DNA of 64,000 nt from Pseudomonadota bacterium. GTDB taxonomy: Bacteria; Desulfobacterota; Desulfobulbia; Desulfobulbales; CALZHT01. The notes beneath the pieces were generated by a model, which was given only the letters and a program-made list of their open reading frames with translations, was not told where the DNA came from and did no database searches. Positions 29,808-39,291 of this stretch are shown here, one piece after another (the first letter of the stretch is position 1; every line of letters begins with the position of its first letter). The DNA lies in assembly GCA_018823135.1 (NCBI GenBank), contig JAHJJF010000126.1, forward strand, positions 14,302-78,301. The letters run 5' to 3'. The translations under genes and the position numbers were made by a program.

Positions 29808-29849
29808 AATCTGGAAGGAATGTTCCCCGCATCTCTTCCAGATTTTTTT
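29808..29849 (+). terminator. Rho-independent terminator (plus strand)
   Basis: AATCTGGAAG (29808-29817) pairs with CTTCCAGATT (29835-29844) and runs into TTTTTTT. Confidence 0.7.
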
Positions 29850-30274
29850 ATTTGGACTTCACCCCTCTCCCATGTCTAACTTGGTTGTCCAGGTAAAAAT
29901 TAAATCCGTTGATATTCCAATCTCTTTAAGATCAACATGCGAGTCAGGGTGTTTTGGAAATACGCAGCCCGGGGCTGACCTTTGTAGTACAAGGTTTTTA
30001 GAACCAAAGGAATGTTGCTAGAAATATATTCGGTTGATAGTTGGCATTAGTTGGAAGCATAATGAATTCTTCATAACTAGATTTTGAATGTATATTCGTT
30101 AGCATTTTTCATTGCTATAAAGCTACACTCCGCCATAATTATTTGTTCAATTTTCTGGAATATTTCTATTTTCCGGAAAGAACAACAGCCCCGTTTAGTA
30201 TATTATTAAATTATAAGATACTGCAACTTGTTGGAATGTTAGGTAATCTTCTAAAGTAATTAAATTGCTTGTTT

Positions 30275-30289
30275 TGGCATAATTCTTGC
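30275..30289 (+). promoter_or_regulatory. Sigma-54 (RpoN) -24/-12 type promoter
   Basis: TGGCAT-AATTC-TTGC matches TGGCAC-N5-TTGC with exact GG/GC spacing. It lies about 310 nt upstream of the ATG at 30597. Confidence 0.6.
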
Positions 30290-30596
30290 CACATTACAGT
30301 AGGATTTATGTGCGCTTTTAAAGTTTTATGTGAGTAGAAAGCATCTGCGTCTCTGTTTCAATTAATAGTGCAACAGATATGCTTATTACTGCAACGAATA
30401 TTGCATTTGATGCAAATAGCATCACTGTTCGGCGGCAACGAAATGATCGCTGGGCGTAACGAAAAGGAGGGTCTGTTTATCGGAAATGACCAGAAAAATT
30501 AATTTTACAAGTAGATGCAAGATGTTCATTCAACATCTTAAAATTTTGAAAAATGAAGATTTACAGTAGTAATCATAAAATGAAAAAGGAGAAAAA

Positions 30597-31208
30597 ATGA
30601 AGAAGAAATTTTTAGCAGGATTGGCAACGGGAGTGGTTATGTTTGGAATGGTAAGTGTTTGTGCCGCAGGAGATGTTATTTGTAGTATCAACCCCGCTAC
30701 TGGTGAATGTTTTGGGGAACGACTTCCACTTAGAGAAAATCTTAACCTTGGTGCCTGCTTGAACTGCGGAGACGGCATCTTTAAAGGCAATAAAATGAAT
30801 GTTGTTTTTGACAATGGTAGTATACGTGGAATCTGGGGAACGGGTGGGACCACGATTCTCTCAATTGAAACCAATACTGGGAAAAGAATTCAGTTTGATA
30901 CCAATCCGAATGGAGCATCTTTTAAATTAAATAACCCTCATACCGTGGCTATCTGGGGGACAGGTGGAACCACGAGGGAGATTACAGAATATATAACTCA
31001 AGAAGACATGGCCGCTATCTGGGGAACTGGCGGTACGACTTTTGACGGTATCTGGGGAACTGGCGGCACTACCATTACCTCATGGGATATAGATGGCGAT
31101 TCAATATTTATTATGTATGACGATGGCCAAGGAAACTTAGGTATAGCCATTGATATTGATGAACGTGCAACCGTGTTAGTTTCCCCAGAACCACCACCTT
31201 TTCAATAA
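30597..31208 (+). CDS. Secreted hypothetical protein with four exact IWGTGGTT repeats
   Basis: AAGGAG Shine-Dalgarno and signal peptide MKKKFLAGLATGVVMFGMVSVCAAG. The repeats are at nt 30831-30854, 30951-30974, 31017-31040 and 31050-31073. A 4-Cys segment follows the signal peptide. The C-terminus is VSPEPPPFQ. Confidence 0.75.
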   Translation: MKKKFLAGLATGVVMFGMVSVCAAGDVICSINPATGECFGERLPLRENLNLGACLNCGDGIFKGNKMNVVFDNGSIRGIWGTGGTTILSIETNTGKRIQFDTNPNGASFKLNNPHTVAIWGTGGTTREITEYITQEDMAAIWGTGGTTFDGIWGTGGTTITSWDIDGDSIFIMYDDGQGNLGIAIDIDERATVLVSPEPPPFQ

Positions 31209-31526
31209 CAATACAGTTTTCTGTAATTGAAGATTCGGTGTATTTGGGAAAACAGTGTAATAGGACAGGATTCCCAATTGTCACCTGAATATTTTGAATT
31301 TTCTAATTAATAATTACAACAACTTGTCTTCAATTTTCGAACAGGTGGAAATTGATGATACCTCTAATGAAGGTCGAAAACTGACAAGACTTAAAATTTA
31401 GGAAAGCCAAAAGACATATTCAAAATGGCATACTCAGCAACATACAGTACATGAAGCTTCATGATGTGCTGGCAGACATCTTAAAAATAGACGAATTGAA
31501 CAAAACGGAAGTAATCTTTACTTTCA

Positions 31527-32012
31527 ATGAAAAAGAAACTTTTAGCAGGATTGGCAACAGGATTGTTTATAGTTGGCAGGGATGGCAAATGCTACCTTAA
31601 TTGGTGATTAAATTACTGCAAGTGGGAGTTTAATTACTCCAAGTGAAGCAACTATTTCTGATGAAGTAGAGTTTCTTTTTGCCGAAATTTATTAGGGCGA
31701 CACTGTTGGTTTTGATTTTGATGCGGACTCTCTTACAATAACAGTCGATGGGTCCAGGCGGTTATAGCTGGGTTTGATACAGCCATAACTGGACTAGACA
31801 TTATGTCTAACTAGGGTTTTCCTGGAAATGTTCTCAGCGATTACAGTTTCACTTCCGATAGTATTACCTTACACTGGGGGGATTCGGATGCTAGTAGCCC
31901 TGCGCAATTGGTTTTTGGTATAGATACTGCGCCAGTCCCAGAACCTGCCACCATGCTCCTCTTCGGCACTGGATTAGTCGGCCTTGCTGGTTTAAGAAGA
32001 AAGAAAAAATAA
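31527..32012 (+). pseudogene. Decayed PEP-CTERM protein gene (frameshifts and in-frame stops)
   Basis: The 5' end encodes MKKKLLAGLATGLFIVG, and 19 nt (TTTTAGCAGGATTGGCAAC) are identical to the 30597 gene. The 3' end encodes an intact sorting signal, VPEPATMLLFGTGLVGLAGLRRKKK*. Between them every frame is interrupted, and no piece reaches 60 aa. Confidence 0.75.
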
Positions 32013-32038
32013 CCCCTTCTCCATATGGAGATTTCAGG

Positions 32039-32070
32039 AAGGCAGGGTCAGTGACGGCTCTGCCTTTTTT
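32039..32070 (+). terminator. Rho-independent terminator after the PEP-CTERM pseudogene
   Basis: AAGGCAG pairs with CTGCCTT and is followed by a T-run. A second hairpin GCCCT..AGGGC plus TTTTTT lies about 40 nt further on. Confidence 0.65.
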
Positions 32071-32355
32071 GCGTTTTCGTATAGCTGCTATGAACCGACG
32101 GCCCTGGTTTTCACTAGGGCTTTTTTATGTCCATAATCAATGAAAGCTTGCGTGAAGTGTATTCTGCCAGTATTTTTTTTGGGGGATAATTTTAACTCTT
32201 ACAAAAATTCATCCGGTGTTATAGATACCACGAAAATTATAATTCTCTCCGATTTGAAAGTGACCCAACAGATCACAACTGATTATCAAAAAAAATGCCG
32301 GTAACAGGATTATCCAACAACCGGACAATAACTTTTCAGGATGCAGTGAAATATT

Positions 32356-33084
32356 ATGAAATCAAGATTTTTATGGCGGGCATTCAGAAATCGTTTCCGC
32401 GACAACAGAACTGAACTGAACGTCCTCAGAAAACATATACAGCCAAATGATATTGTCTGTGATATTGGTGCAAATAAGGGCAGCTATACGTTTTGGCTTT
32501 CAAAGTGGGCTTCCAATGGAAAAGTCATTGCATTTGAGCCCCAGAAAACTTTAGCAGATTATCTGAAACAAGCGACTAACGCATTAAAACTCAATAATGT
32601 TGTCGTTGAGGAAAAAGCGGTTTCAGCCATATCAGGTAAAGCTTGCTTATTTATCCCGGGCGGGTCGGTTTCACCGGGGGCATCATTGAGCAATGCCGTC
32701 TCAGATCGAGAAAACTGCTGCAAAGAAACAGTTGATGTTGTTACCCTTGATGAATATTTTCCAAGCAACCAGAGAGTGAGTGCCTTAAAGATTGATGTTG
32801 AGGGTTCAGAACTGGATGTTTTCAAAGGGGCAATGCGAATATTAAAAGAAAGTAACCCCCTTCTGGTTTTTGAGTGTGAAAATCGTCACCTGACACAGGG
32901 GAGTGTTAACGATGTTTTCGAGTTTTTAATTCCTTTAGGATATCGCGGCTATTTTGTTTTTCAAAATTCATTAGTCAATATTAAACAATTCAATTCACAG
33001 TTACATCAGCGGCAGACAGGGAGCCGTTATTGGGATGAAAAAGATTATGTAAATAACTTTGTATTTTTAAAGGGGCAGTCCTGA
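32356..33084 (+). CDS. FkbM-family SAM-dependent methyltransferase
   Basis: DIGANKGSYT...VIAFEP...LKIDVEGSEL...FEC is the pattern typical of the FkbM family. Confidence 0.75.
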   Translation: MKSRFLWRAFRNRFRDNRTELNVLRKHIQPNDIVCDIGANKGSYTFWLSKWASNGKVIAFEPQKTLADYLKQATNALKLNNVVVEEKAVSAISGKACLFIPGGSVSPGASLSNAVSDRENCCKETVDVVTLDEYFPSNQRVSALKIDVEGSELDVFKGAMRILKESNPLLVFECENRHLTQGSVNDVFEFLIPLGYRGYFVFQNSLVNIKQFNSQLHQRQTGSRYWDEKDYVNNFVFLKGQS

Positions 33085-33197
33085 TTATTCAGCGCAGCGG
33101 ACACTGAAACCATGCCATTGAATTATAAACTTATAGTTTCATTTCCTGCTTGTCATTTACCATTCTGGCAAGGGTCAGGGAATTTTCCGACAGGCTC

Positions 33198-36100
33198 CTA
33201 GACCAGGGCTTTTTCCACTTCCATTGACAATTTCTCCAGGCGTTTTTCCGAAACCGGAAAAGCGGTCTTCATCTGCTGGGCAAAGAGTGAAATTCTGAAC
33301 TCCTCAATCATTTTGCGATATTGGCCAACCAGGTCTTTCTTTTTTTCATAAGAGGCAAAGAAATCATCGGCGCAAGCCTTGAGCTGTTTTTCAAATCGCT
33401 CAAGCCGCGCCAGATACGGTTGCACCTGGGCTGCCTTGGCAATATCCTTTGCCGGGTCGGAATGGGCGCGCTCGATACGGAGGCAGAGGGCCTTGAAATA
33501 CCTTGCCACGGCCAGCACGTCCTCCACCGTGAATGTTTCAAAAAAATCAAAGGGCAGGATGTTTTTGGCAACCTCACGGAACTCCAGAAATTTGCTCTGG
33601 TTAAGAGGTGTTGCCTTCATGGATTCATATTGGGAAATACAATCAAATACCTTGCGTCTTTCGTGCAAGGCGGTGAACACCACTTCCTTTATCTGGTTCC
33701 CGAGGCTGTAAAGACCTTTCTCCCGGACCGCGGTCAATGTCTGCTCATAAGTTGCTTTATCCGGAATCAAGCCTTTCCCTAGATCGAATATTGAATTAAA
33801 AATCAACGCGACAAGCCCTTGATTAAACTCATCATGGGTGCCGAATCCTTCATAGAGCGCCCAGTAATTCCTGGAAAAATGCATGTCCTTGATGAACGCG
33901 CCCTTCTTCTGGAAATTGGTGAGATAAAGGGCGAGCAACCCCTTGCGCGTTTCTTCCCGGCATTGCTGCTGATCCGGAAAAAGTCTGATCGACACATTGT
34001 TATCAACCGCCAGCAAGCCTGGGAAAAAATAACCCGTAAGCGCCCCGCCTTTGCCAATAACCGGAATTCGCTCCGGAAGATCTTGAAAATCCCACTGCTT
34101 TATGTCCTCGCGCTCCCATTGCTTCTTAACCGCCTGAGTCACATCACCGGCAGCCTGGCGGTTGTCGCCCCGCAATTCGATGAAATTCCGGGTTGCCTTG
34201 ATCTGCCTGCCAGCCCCGTCAAGGAGGATGAAACGCATTCGAAAATGATCCGGCAGATTGCCAATGGGCCAATGCCTTCTGTCAACAAGGACATTGAATT
34301 TCCGGGCTATAGCATCCTCCAGAGCGCTTAAAAGCGAACCCTGATAGAGGGTAAGGTTGCCGACAAGTTGTTCGGCAGTCTGGGGAATGGGCACCAGTTG
34401 ACGGCGCAGATTCTTCGGAAGCCCTTTAAGCAGAGCAATGTTTTTTTCAAGCAGCATGCCCGGGACCAGCCATTCAAAAAATTCCGGATCAACATAGGGC
34501 ACAAGACTTAGAGGAATTTCGACACTGACGCCGTCCTCTTCAGATCCGGGGGCAAATCTGTACGATAAGGTAAATTCGAATTCCCCGGTCTTCAGGGTTT
34601 TGGGAAATTGCTCAATCAGTTGCCGTGAAGGTTCACGATTGACAATCTCCTCTTCCTTCATGACCAGAAAATCATCCGCCCCCTTGTTATTGAGAAACCG
34701 TTGCAATCCGGCCCGGTCCCATACATCCTGGGGCAGACGTTGATCGTAAAACGCATACAACGCCTGATCGTCAACCAGGATGTCCCGCTGCCGGACGCGG
34801 TCTTCCATGCCCTGCACCCTGGCAATCAGACTGATGTTCTGCCGGTGGAAGGAAAAATCTCCGGCCAGTTCCCCTTCAATCAACGCTGTCCAGATGAAAA
34901 TATCCCTGGCCTCATCAGGCTTGATCTTGCCGTAATTGATCGTGCGCTTGGCAATGATCACCAGGCCGAAAAGTGTCACCTTTTCAAAGGCCACAACCTG
35001 ACCGCGCTTCTTTTCCCAGTGGGGTGACGAATAGGATGACCTTGTCAGGCCCTGGGCCAGAGGCTCTATCCATTCCGGTTTGATCGCCGCAACCGTCCGG
35101 GCAAAAAGCCTGGAAGTCTCAACAAATTCCGCAGCCATGATCCATTGCCCGGCTTTGCCGAACTGGCCTGATCCCGGGAAAATCATCACCTCTTTGCCCT
35201 GGGCCCCCTGATAGATGTTTTTCTCTTTTTTGAGAGCGATATTACGAAGATTGCCGCTTAACAGGGCCCGGTGCACCGCTTCCGGATCTGCCGGCCGGGT
35301 GTTTCGTATAAAGCCGCCCTCATCATCAAGGATTGAGACAATCTGATCATGGACATCGCGCAACTCCCGCATCCGCTGAAAGGAAAGAAAATTCTGCTTG
35401 CAGAATTTGCGCCGCTGAGTCCTTGTGTAGTCCTTATCCACCATGTTCATGTACCGCTTCCAGATATTGAGCAGGGTCAGAAAATCAGATCCAGGATCAG
35501 CAAAGGCGGCATGGACCTGGTCAGCTTCCTTTTCACTTTCAACGGGCCTGATTCTCGGGTCCTGGATACTCAATGCTGCGGCAATTATCGTTACTTCCGC
35601 CAGGGCATTAAGATCCCGTGCCTCAAGAATCATCCTGGAAATTCTCGGATCAAGGGGAAGTATCGCCATCAGCTTGCCGTGCTCAGTGAGCCTACGGTGA
35701 CTGTCGATTGCGCCCAGTTCTTTTAATAGATTATAACCGTCTTTGAGGGCCCGCGATGATGGCGGATCGACAAAAGGAAACGAAACCGGATCGCCGAGCT
35801 GCAGATAGATCATCCGCAGAATTACTTCGGAAAGATTGGAGCGCAGAATCTCCGGGACGGTGAATTCCTGCCGGTTATTATATGATTCTTCACTGTACAG
35901 CCGATAACAGATCCCGGGGCTGATGCGACCACAGCGGCCTTTGCGTTGATCGGCGCTGGCGCGGGATATGGGGCTGATCGGCAGTTTGGTGGTCCGCGCC
36001 CGGGGATTATACCCCGATATCCTGGCAAGCCCCGTATCAATCACATAGCGGATGCCGGGCACGGTCACCGAGGTTTCCGCGACATTGGTGGCAACAACAA

Positions 36101-36980
36101 TTTTAGCGCCCGTTACCGGCTGGAATATGCGCCGCTGATCCTTTGGCGACAGCCTGCCGAAAAGCGGCATGATCAGCATATTCTTCGGCCAGTTCTGCCT
36201 TGCAGAGCCAGGCTCTCTTGCCTGCAAGTCCCCTTCAAGTGCCTCGACGGTCTCCCGTATATCACGCTCGGTGGGCATGAACACCAGTATATCTCCGGGC
36301 GCTTCTTTCCGGCGGATTTCGCCAACTGCTTTTACTGCCAGTTCAACATAGGCCGCATCATCCTGATCATCCCCATTTTCCTGATAGCGCACCTCAACAG
36401 GATAGGTGCGGCCCGACACCTGAATAACCGGTGCATTGTTGAAATTCTTCGAAAATTTTTCCGTATCAATTGTTGCTGAAGTGATGATGACTTTGAGATT
36501 CTTGCGCCTGGCAAGAAGGCGCTTTAACATGCCCAGGAGGAAATCAATATTAAGACTGCGCTCATGGGCCTCATCGACGATGATCGTATCGTAAGCCTGC
36601 ATATAACGATCCTGCTGAGCTTCGGCGAGCAGGATGCCGTCGGTCATGAACTTTATCTTGTGATATTTTCTGGTTTTATCCTGAAACCTGATCTTGTAGC
36701 CGACAAGTTGTGGCCCTTGTGGGCCCAATTCCTCGGAAACCCTCGCCGCAATGGTGACTGCGGCAATCCGCCTTGGCTGGGTGCAGCCGATCATGCCCTT
36801 TATGCCGCGGCCAGCTTCAAGGCACATCTTGGGAAGCTGCGTGGTCTTACCGGATCCGGTGTCGCCGGCAATGATCAATACCTGATGAGCCCTGATCGCA
36901 TCAACAATCTCCTGCCGATGTCCGGTTATGGGAAGTTCTGGAGGATATTTGATTTTTTCCAAAGAGTCTGGTAGAGACAT
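33198..36980 (-). CDS. hrpA: ATP-dependent RNA helicase HrpA (DEAH box)
   Basis: GDTGSGKTTQLP and VDEAHERS motifs; the 1260 aa length is typical of HrpA. Confidence 0.9.
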   Translation of the reverse strand: MSLPDSLEKIKYPPELPITGHRQEIVDAIRAHQVLIIAGDTGSGKTTQLPKMCLEAGRGIKGMIGCTQPRRIAAVTIAARVSEELGPQGPQLVGYKIRFQDKTRKYHKIKFMTDGILLAEAQQDRYMQAYDTIIVDEAHERSLNIDFLLGMLKRLLARRKNLKVIITSATIDTEKFSKNFNNAPVIQVSGRTYPVEVRYQENGDDQDDAAYVELAVKAVGEIRRKEAPGDILVFMPTERDIRETVEALEGDLQAREPGSARQNWPKNMLIMPLFGRLSPKDQRRIFQPVTGAKIVVATNVAETSVTVPGIRYVIDTGLARISGYNPRARTTKLPISPISRASADQRKGRCGRISPGICYRLYSEESYNNRQEFTVPEILRSNLSEVILRMIYLQLGDPVSFPFVDPPSSRALKDGYNLLKELGAIDSHRRLTEHGKLMAILPLDPRISRMILEARDLNALAEVTIIAAALSIQDPRIRPVESEKEADQVHAAFADPGSDFLTLLNIWKRYMNMVDKDYTRTQRRKFCKQNFLSFQRMRELRDVHDQIVSILDDEGGFIRNTRPADPEAVHRALLSGNLRNIALKKEKNIYQGAQGKEVMIFPGSGQFGKAGQWIMAAEFVETSRLFARTVAAIKPEWIEPLAQGLTRSSYSSPHWEKKRGQVVAFEKVTLFGLVIIAKRTINYGKIKPDEARDIFIWTALIEGELAGDFSFHRQNISLIARVQGMEDRVRQRDILVDDQALYAFYDQRLPQDVWDRAGLQRFLNNKGADDFLVMKEEEIVNREPSRQLIEQFPKTLKTGEFEFTLSYRFAPGSEEDGVSVEIPLSLVPYVDPEFFEWLVPGMLLEKNIALLKGLPKNLRRQLVPIPQTAEQLVGNLTLYQGSLLSALEDAIARKFNVLVDRRHWPIGNLPDHFRMRFILLDGAGRQIKATRNFIELRGDNRQAAGDVTQAVKKQWEREDIKQWDFQDLPERIPVIGKGGALTGYFFPGLLAVDNNVSIRLFPDQQQCREETRKGLLALYLTNFQKKGAFIKDMHFSRNYWALYEGFGTHDEFNQGLVALIFNSIFDLGKGLIPDKATYEQTLTAVREKGLYSLGNQIKEVVFTALHERRKVFDCISQYESMKATPLNQSKFLEFREVAKNILPFDFFETFTVEDVLAVARYFKALCLRIERAHSDPAKDIAKAAQVQPYLARLERFEKQLKACADDFFASYEKKKDLVGQYRKMIEEFRISLFAQQMKTAFPVSEKRLEKLSMEVEKALV

Positions 36981-37034
36981 CTGTCACCGCGCAACTGACA
37001 CATTTACTTTATGGTTCGTATAAGGATTCAGGGC

Positions 37035-37412
37035 ATGACCCAAAATAAATTTTTCCACTTCATTCCATTAATCAGCACAATGGCCGGCATCTTTTATTTT
37101 TCCGGCCTGCCCGGTGATGATATATCCCTTCCCGGCTTTTTCGCATCGGACAAAATCCTGCACGCTTCTGCCTATGCATTTCTAGCCGGCACCGCAATCT
37201 TTGCCGGACATCCGTGGATCAACAGAATATCACCGAATCGGCATACAATTGCACTAATGATTTTCTGCACGCTTTACGGCGCAAGCGACGAGATCCATCA
37301 ATCCTTTGTCCCCGGGCGCATGGCAAGTATTGGCGACCTGGCGGCAGACACCTTTGGGGCGGTTCTGGCAATTTTGCTGTGGAGATGCATTTTGAGTAAA
37401 AAATACACCTAA
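37035..37412 (+). CDS. VanZ-family membrane protein
   Basis: A four-TM small protein with DKILHASAY and SDEIHQSFVPGR motifs. Confidence 0.65.
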   Translation: MTQNKFFHFIPLISTMAGIFYFSGLPGDDISLPGFFASDKILHASAYAFLAGTAIFAGHPWINRISPNRHTIALMIFCTLYGASDEIHQSFVPGRMASIGDLAADTFGAVLAILLWRCILSKKYT

Positions 37413-37415
37413 GGA

Positions 37416-38099
37416 TCAATCCTCGGGAAATTTTCGGACCTGCTCCTCAAACCGGTCATCCTCGGGGGGCGGCTTTATGGAACATTCAGGAGAAGAACAA
37501 TCGCTGTCACCGGTGACTGCTTTATCCCGGGGCGGAATGCCTTCGAACTGCTCCAGATAAAGGCTGGCAATGGCGCCGCACTGCAAAGGCAGCAATAATA
37601 TCTGCAACACTGCAAGCACCGGGATCGCAGTTGAGAGGAGTTTGACCAGAAAAGACGGCACAATGGTGATCACGAAAACAAAGGAAAAATGCATGAAAAA
37701 CCCTTTGTCACTGACCTTGGCCCGGCTCTCTCGCATGGCAAGCCCAAGGGAAAGCTTCCTGTCGACCATCAGTACCAGCACGTAGAGCCACATGGTCATA
37801 AAGATCAGGCCGGGAATAACCATAAGGATGAATCCGGCAATGATCATCCATGACAGAAAGAAAAACGGGAAAAGCTCCCCGAACCGCTTGAACCCCGAAA
37901 ACAACTCGCCGAACTCCGGACGTTTATTGTCGCGAAGAAAGGCGACCATCATCAGGATATAGGCACCCATCACCGGGCCGGACAGAAATCCAAGGCTGAA
38001 AGTAATCATCACCTGGACCAGAAATCCACCGATAATAAAAACAAAGGGTTCCTTTTTAAACAGCTTCAGTACGTTTTCCAGATGTCCTTGAAAATCCAT
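37416..38099 (-). CDS. Hypothetical polytopic membrane protein with an acidic, Cys-containing C-terminal tail
   Basis: Several hydrophobic helices and no catalytic motif that I can recognise. Confidence 0.5.
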   Translation of the reverse strand: MDFQGHLENVLKLFKKEPFVFIIGGFLVQVMITFSLGFLSGPVMGAYILMMVAFLRDNKRPEFGELFSGFKRFGELFPFFFLSWMIIAGFILMVIPGLIFMTMWLYVLVLMVDRKLSLGLAMRESRAKVSDKGFFMHFSFVFVITIVPSFLVKLLSTAIPVLAVLQILLLPLQCGAIASLYLEQFEGIPPRDKAVTGDSDCSSPECSIKPPPEDDRFEEQVRKFPED

Positions 38100-38301
38100 G
38101 TATGCCTCATTCTATGATTGTTGCTTTTGAAGTTTCAATTCTCATACCAGTTTTTCCCCCTGCGCACCACAAATTATCATATAAATCCCGGTATCGTTGC
38201 CACCGAACAAACTATTATCAGGATGACTCTGGACTTTTGATCAACCCATAATTATTTTCTCATTATCTTTTTCAAAGCAAACGTTTTTAAAGGAGTCAGT
38301 T

Positions 38302-38520
38302 ATGCCGATATACGAATACAAATGCCAGGACTGCAACAACATGTTCGAGGCCTTGATTATTTCTGCAAATGATCTCGATCAGATTGAATGCCCGAAATGC
38401 GAGAGCAGGAAGGTAAAGAAAACCATTTCCGCGTCGAGTTTCAGACTTGCGTCCTCAAGCTCAAACTCCATTCCCGCAGGCGCTCTATCCGGCTGCAGCA
38501 CTAAATCCGGCTTTTCCTGA
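38302..38520 (+). CDS. FmdB-family zinc-ribbon protein
   Basis: MPIYEYKCQDCNNMFE...CPKCES (CxxC...CxxC) with an AAGGAG Shine-Dalgarno. Confidence 0.8.
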   Translation: MPIYEYKCQDCNNMFEALIISANDLDQIECPKCESRKVKKTISASSFRLASSSSNSIPAGALSGCSTKSGFS

Positions 38521-38760
38521 GCATAAGTTTTTTCCACCCGGCGGGTGGAATATCAGATTGTCAGACAACCAGCATCGGGTGGCGGGGTTTCGGATACGGA
38601 TATCCTGCCACTCCTTTATTTATCGCCATTCATCCTCCATCGGAACGCTCCTTTCCGCATCAAACAGTTATCCAAAAAAAATATAGATTCTTTCTTTCCT
38701 TTACTGATAGGGTTATGACAGAAGAATTAACCCTGTCAACCGTTTCAAGGTAAAACCGGA

Positions 38761-39291
38761 ATGCAAGAAGACAATCTCCCCCTTCATGTTCGCAGATCCC
38801 CCCGCCTGGGCAGAGGGGCGGCTTTTCGCTGCCTGTTTTTTTTATTTCTCTGGTACGTGCTCACCCCTGAGGGAGCAAGCTGGGTCCTCGGAATACCCGC
38901 AGTATTGCTTGCCGTATACATCAGCCTGCTGCTGGCCCCGGCAACCGCTCACACCCTGAGTTTCATCGGCGCCTGTCATTTTCTGCCATACTTCCTGTCC
39001 CAGTCGCTCTCCAGTGGAATCGACGTAAGCCGTCGCGTCCTTTCGCCCAGCTTGCCGATCAATCCCGGCCTGGTAATCTATTCGACTTTTCTGCCGGAGG
39101 GCTCCCCACGGATTTTTTTTATTAATACCATCAGTTTGCTCCCCGGCACTTTAAGCGCCGACCTCCATGACAACAAGGCGACCATTCATACTATTGATAA
39201 AGATCTTCATGTCTGGGAAAATATTCAAAACCTGGAATGTCGGGTAGCAGCCCTGTTCAGCTTAAAAACAACACCGGAGGGAGAAATTTGA
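38761..39291 (+). CDS. mrpE: Mrp/Mnh antiporter subunit E-like
   Basis: LLPGTLSADL...IHTID...ECRVAALF resembles the MnhE family, and it sits in context with F and G. Confidence 0.6.
   Translation: MQEDNLPLHVRRSPRLGRGAAFRCLFFLFLWYVLTPEGASWVLGIPAVLLAVYISLLLAPATAHTLSFIGACHFLPYFLSQSLSSGIDVSRRVLSPSLPINPGLVIYSTFLPEGSPRIFFINTISLLPGTLSADLHDNKATIHTIDKDLHVWENIQNLECRVAALFSLKTTPEGEI

Noticed and set aside
30530-30874. 114-aa minus-strand ORF
   Set aside because: It is antisense to the IWGTGGTT gene, which has a Shine-Dalgarno, a signal peptide and repeat conservation at the protein level.
31182-31300. Hidden PEP-CTERM anchor after the SPEPPPFQ end of the IWGTGGTT protein, reached by frameshift
   Set aside because: I translated the two other frames downstream. 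Neither gives a hydrophobic helix followed by an Arg/Lys cluster.
38447-38686. 79-aa ORF overlapping the end of the FmdB-like gene
   Set aside because: It lies out of frame over a motif-supported gene and continues into a hairpin-containing spacer. It has no Shine-Dalgarno.
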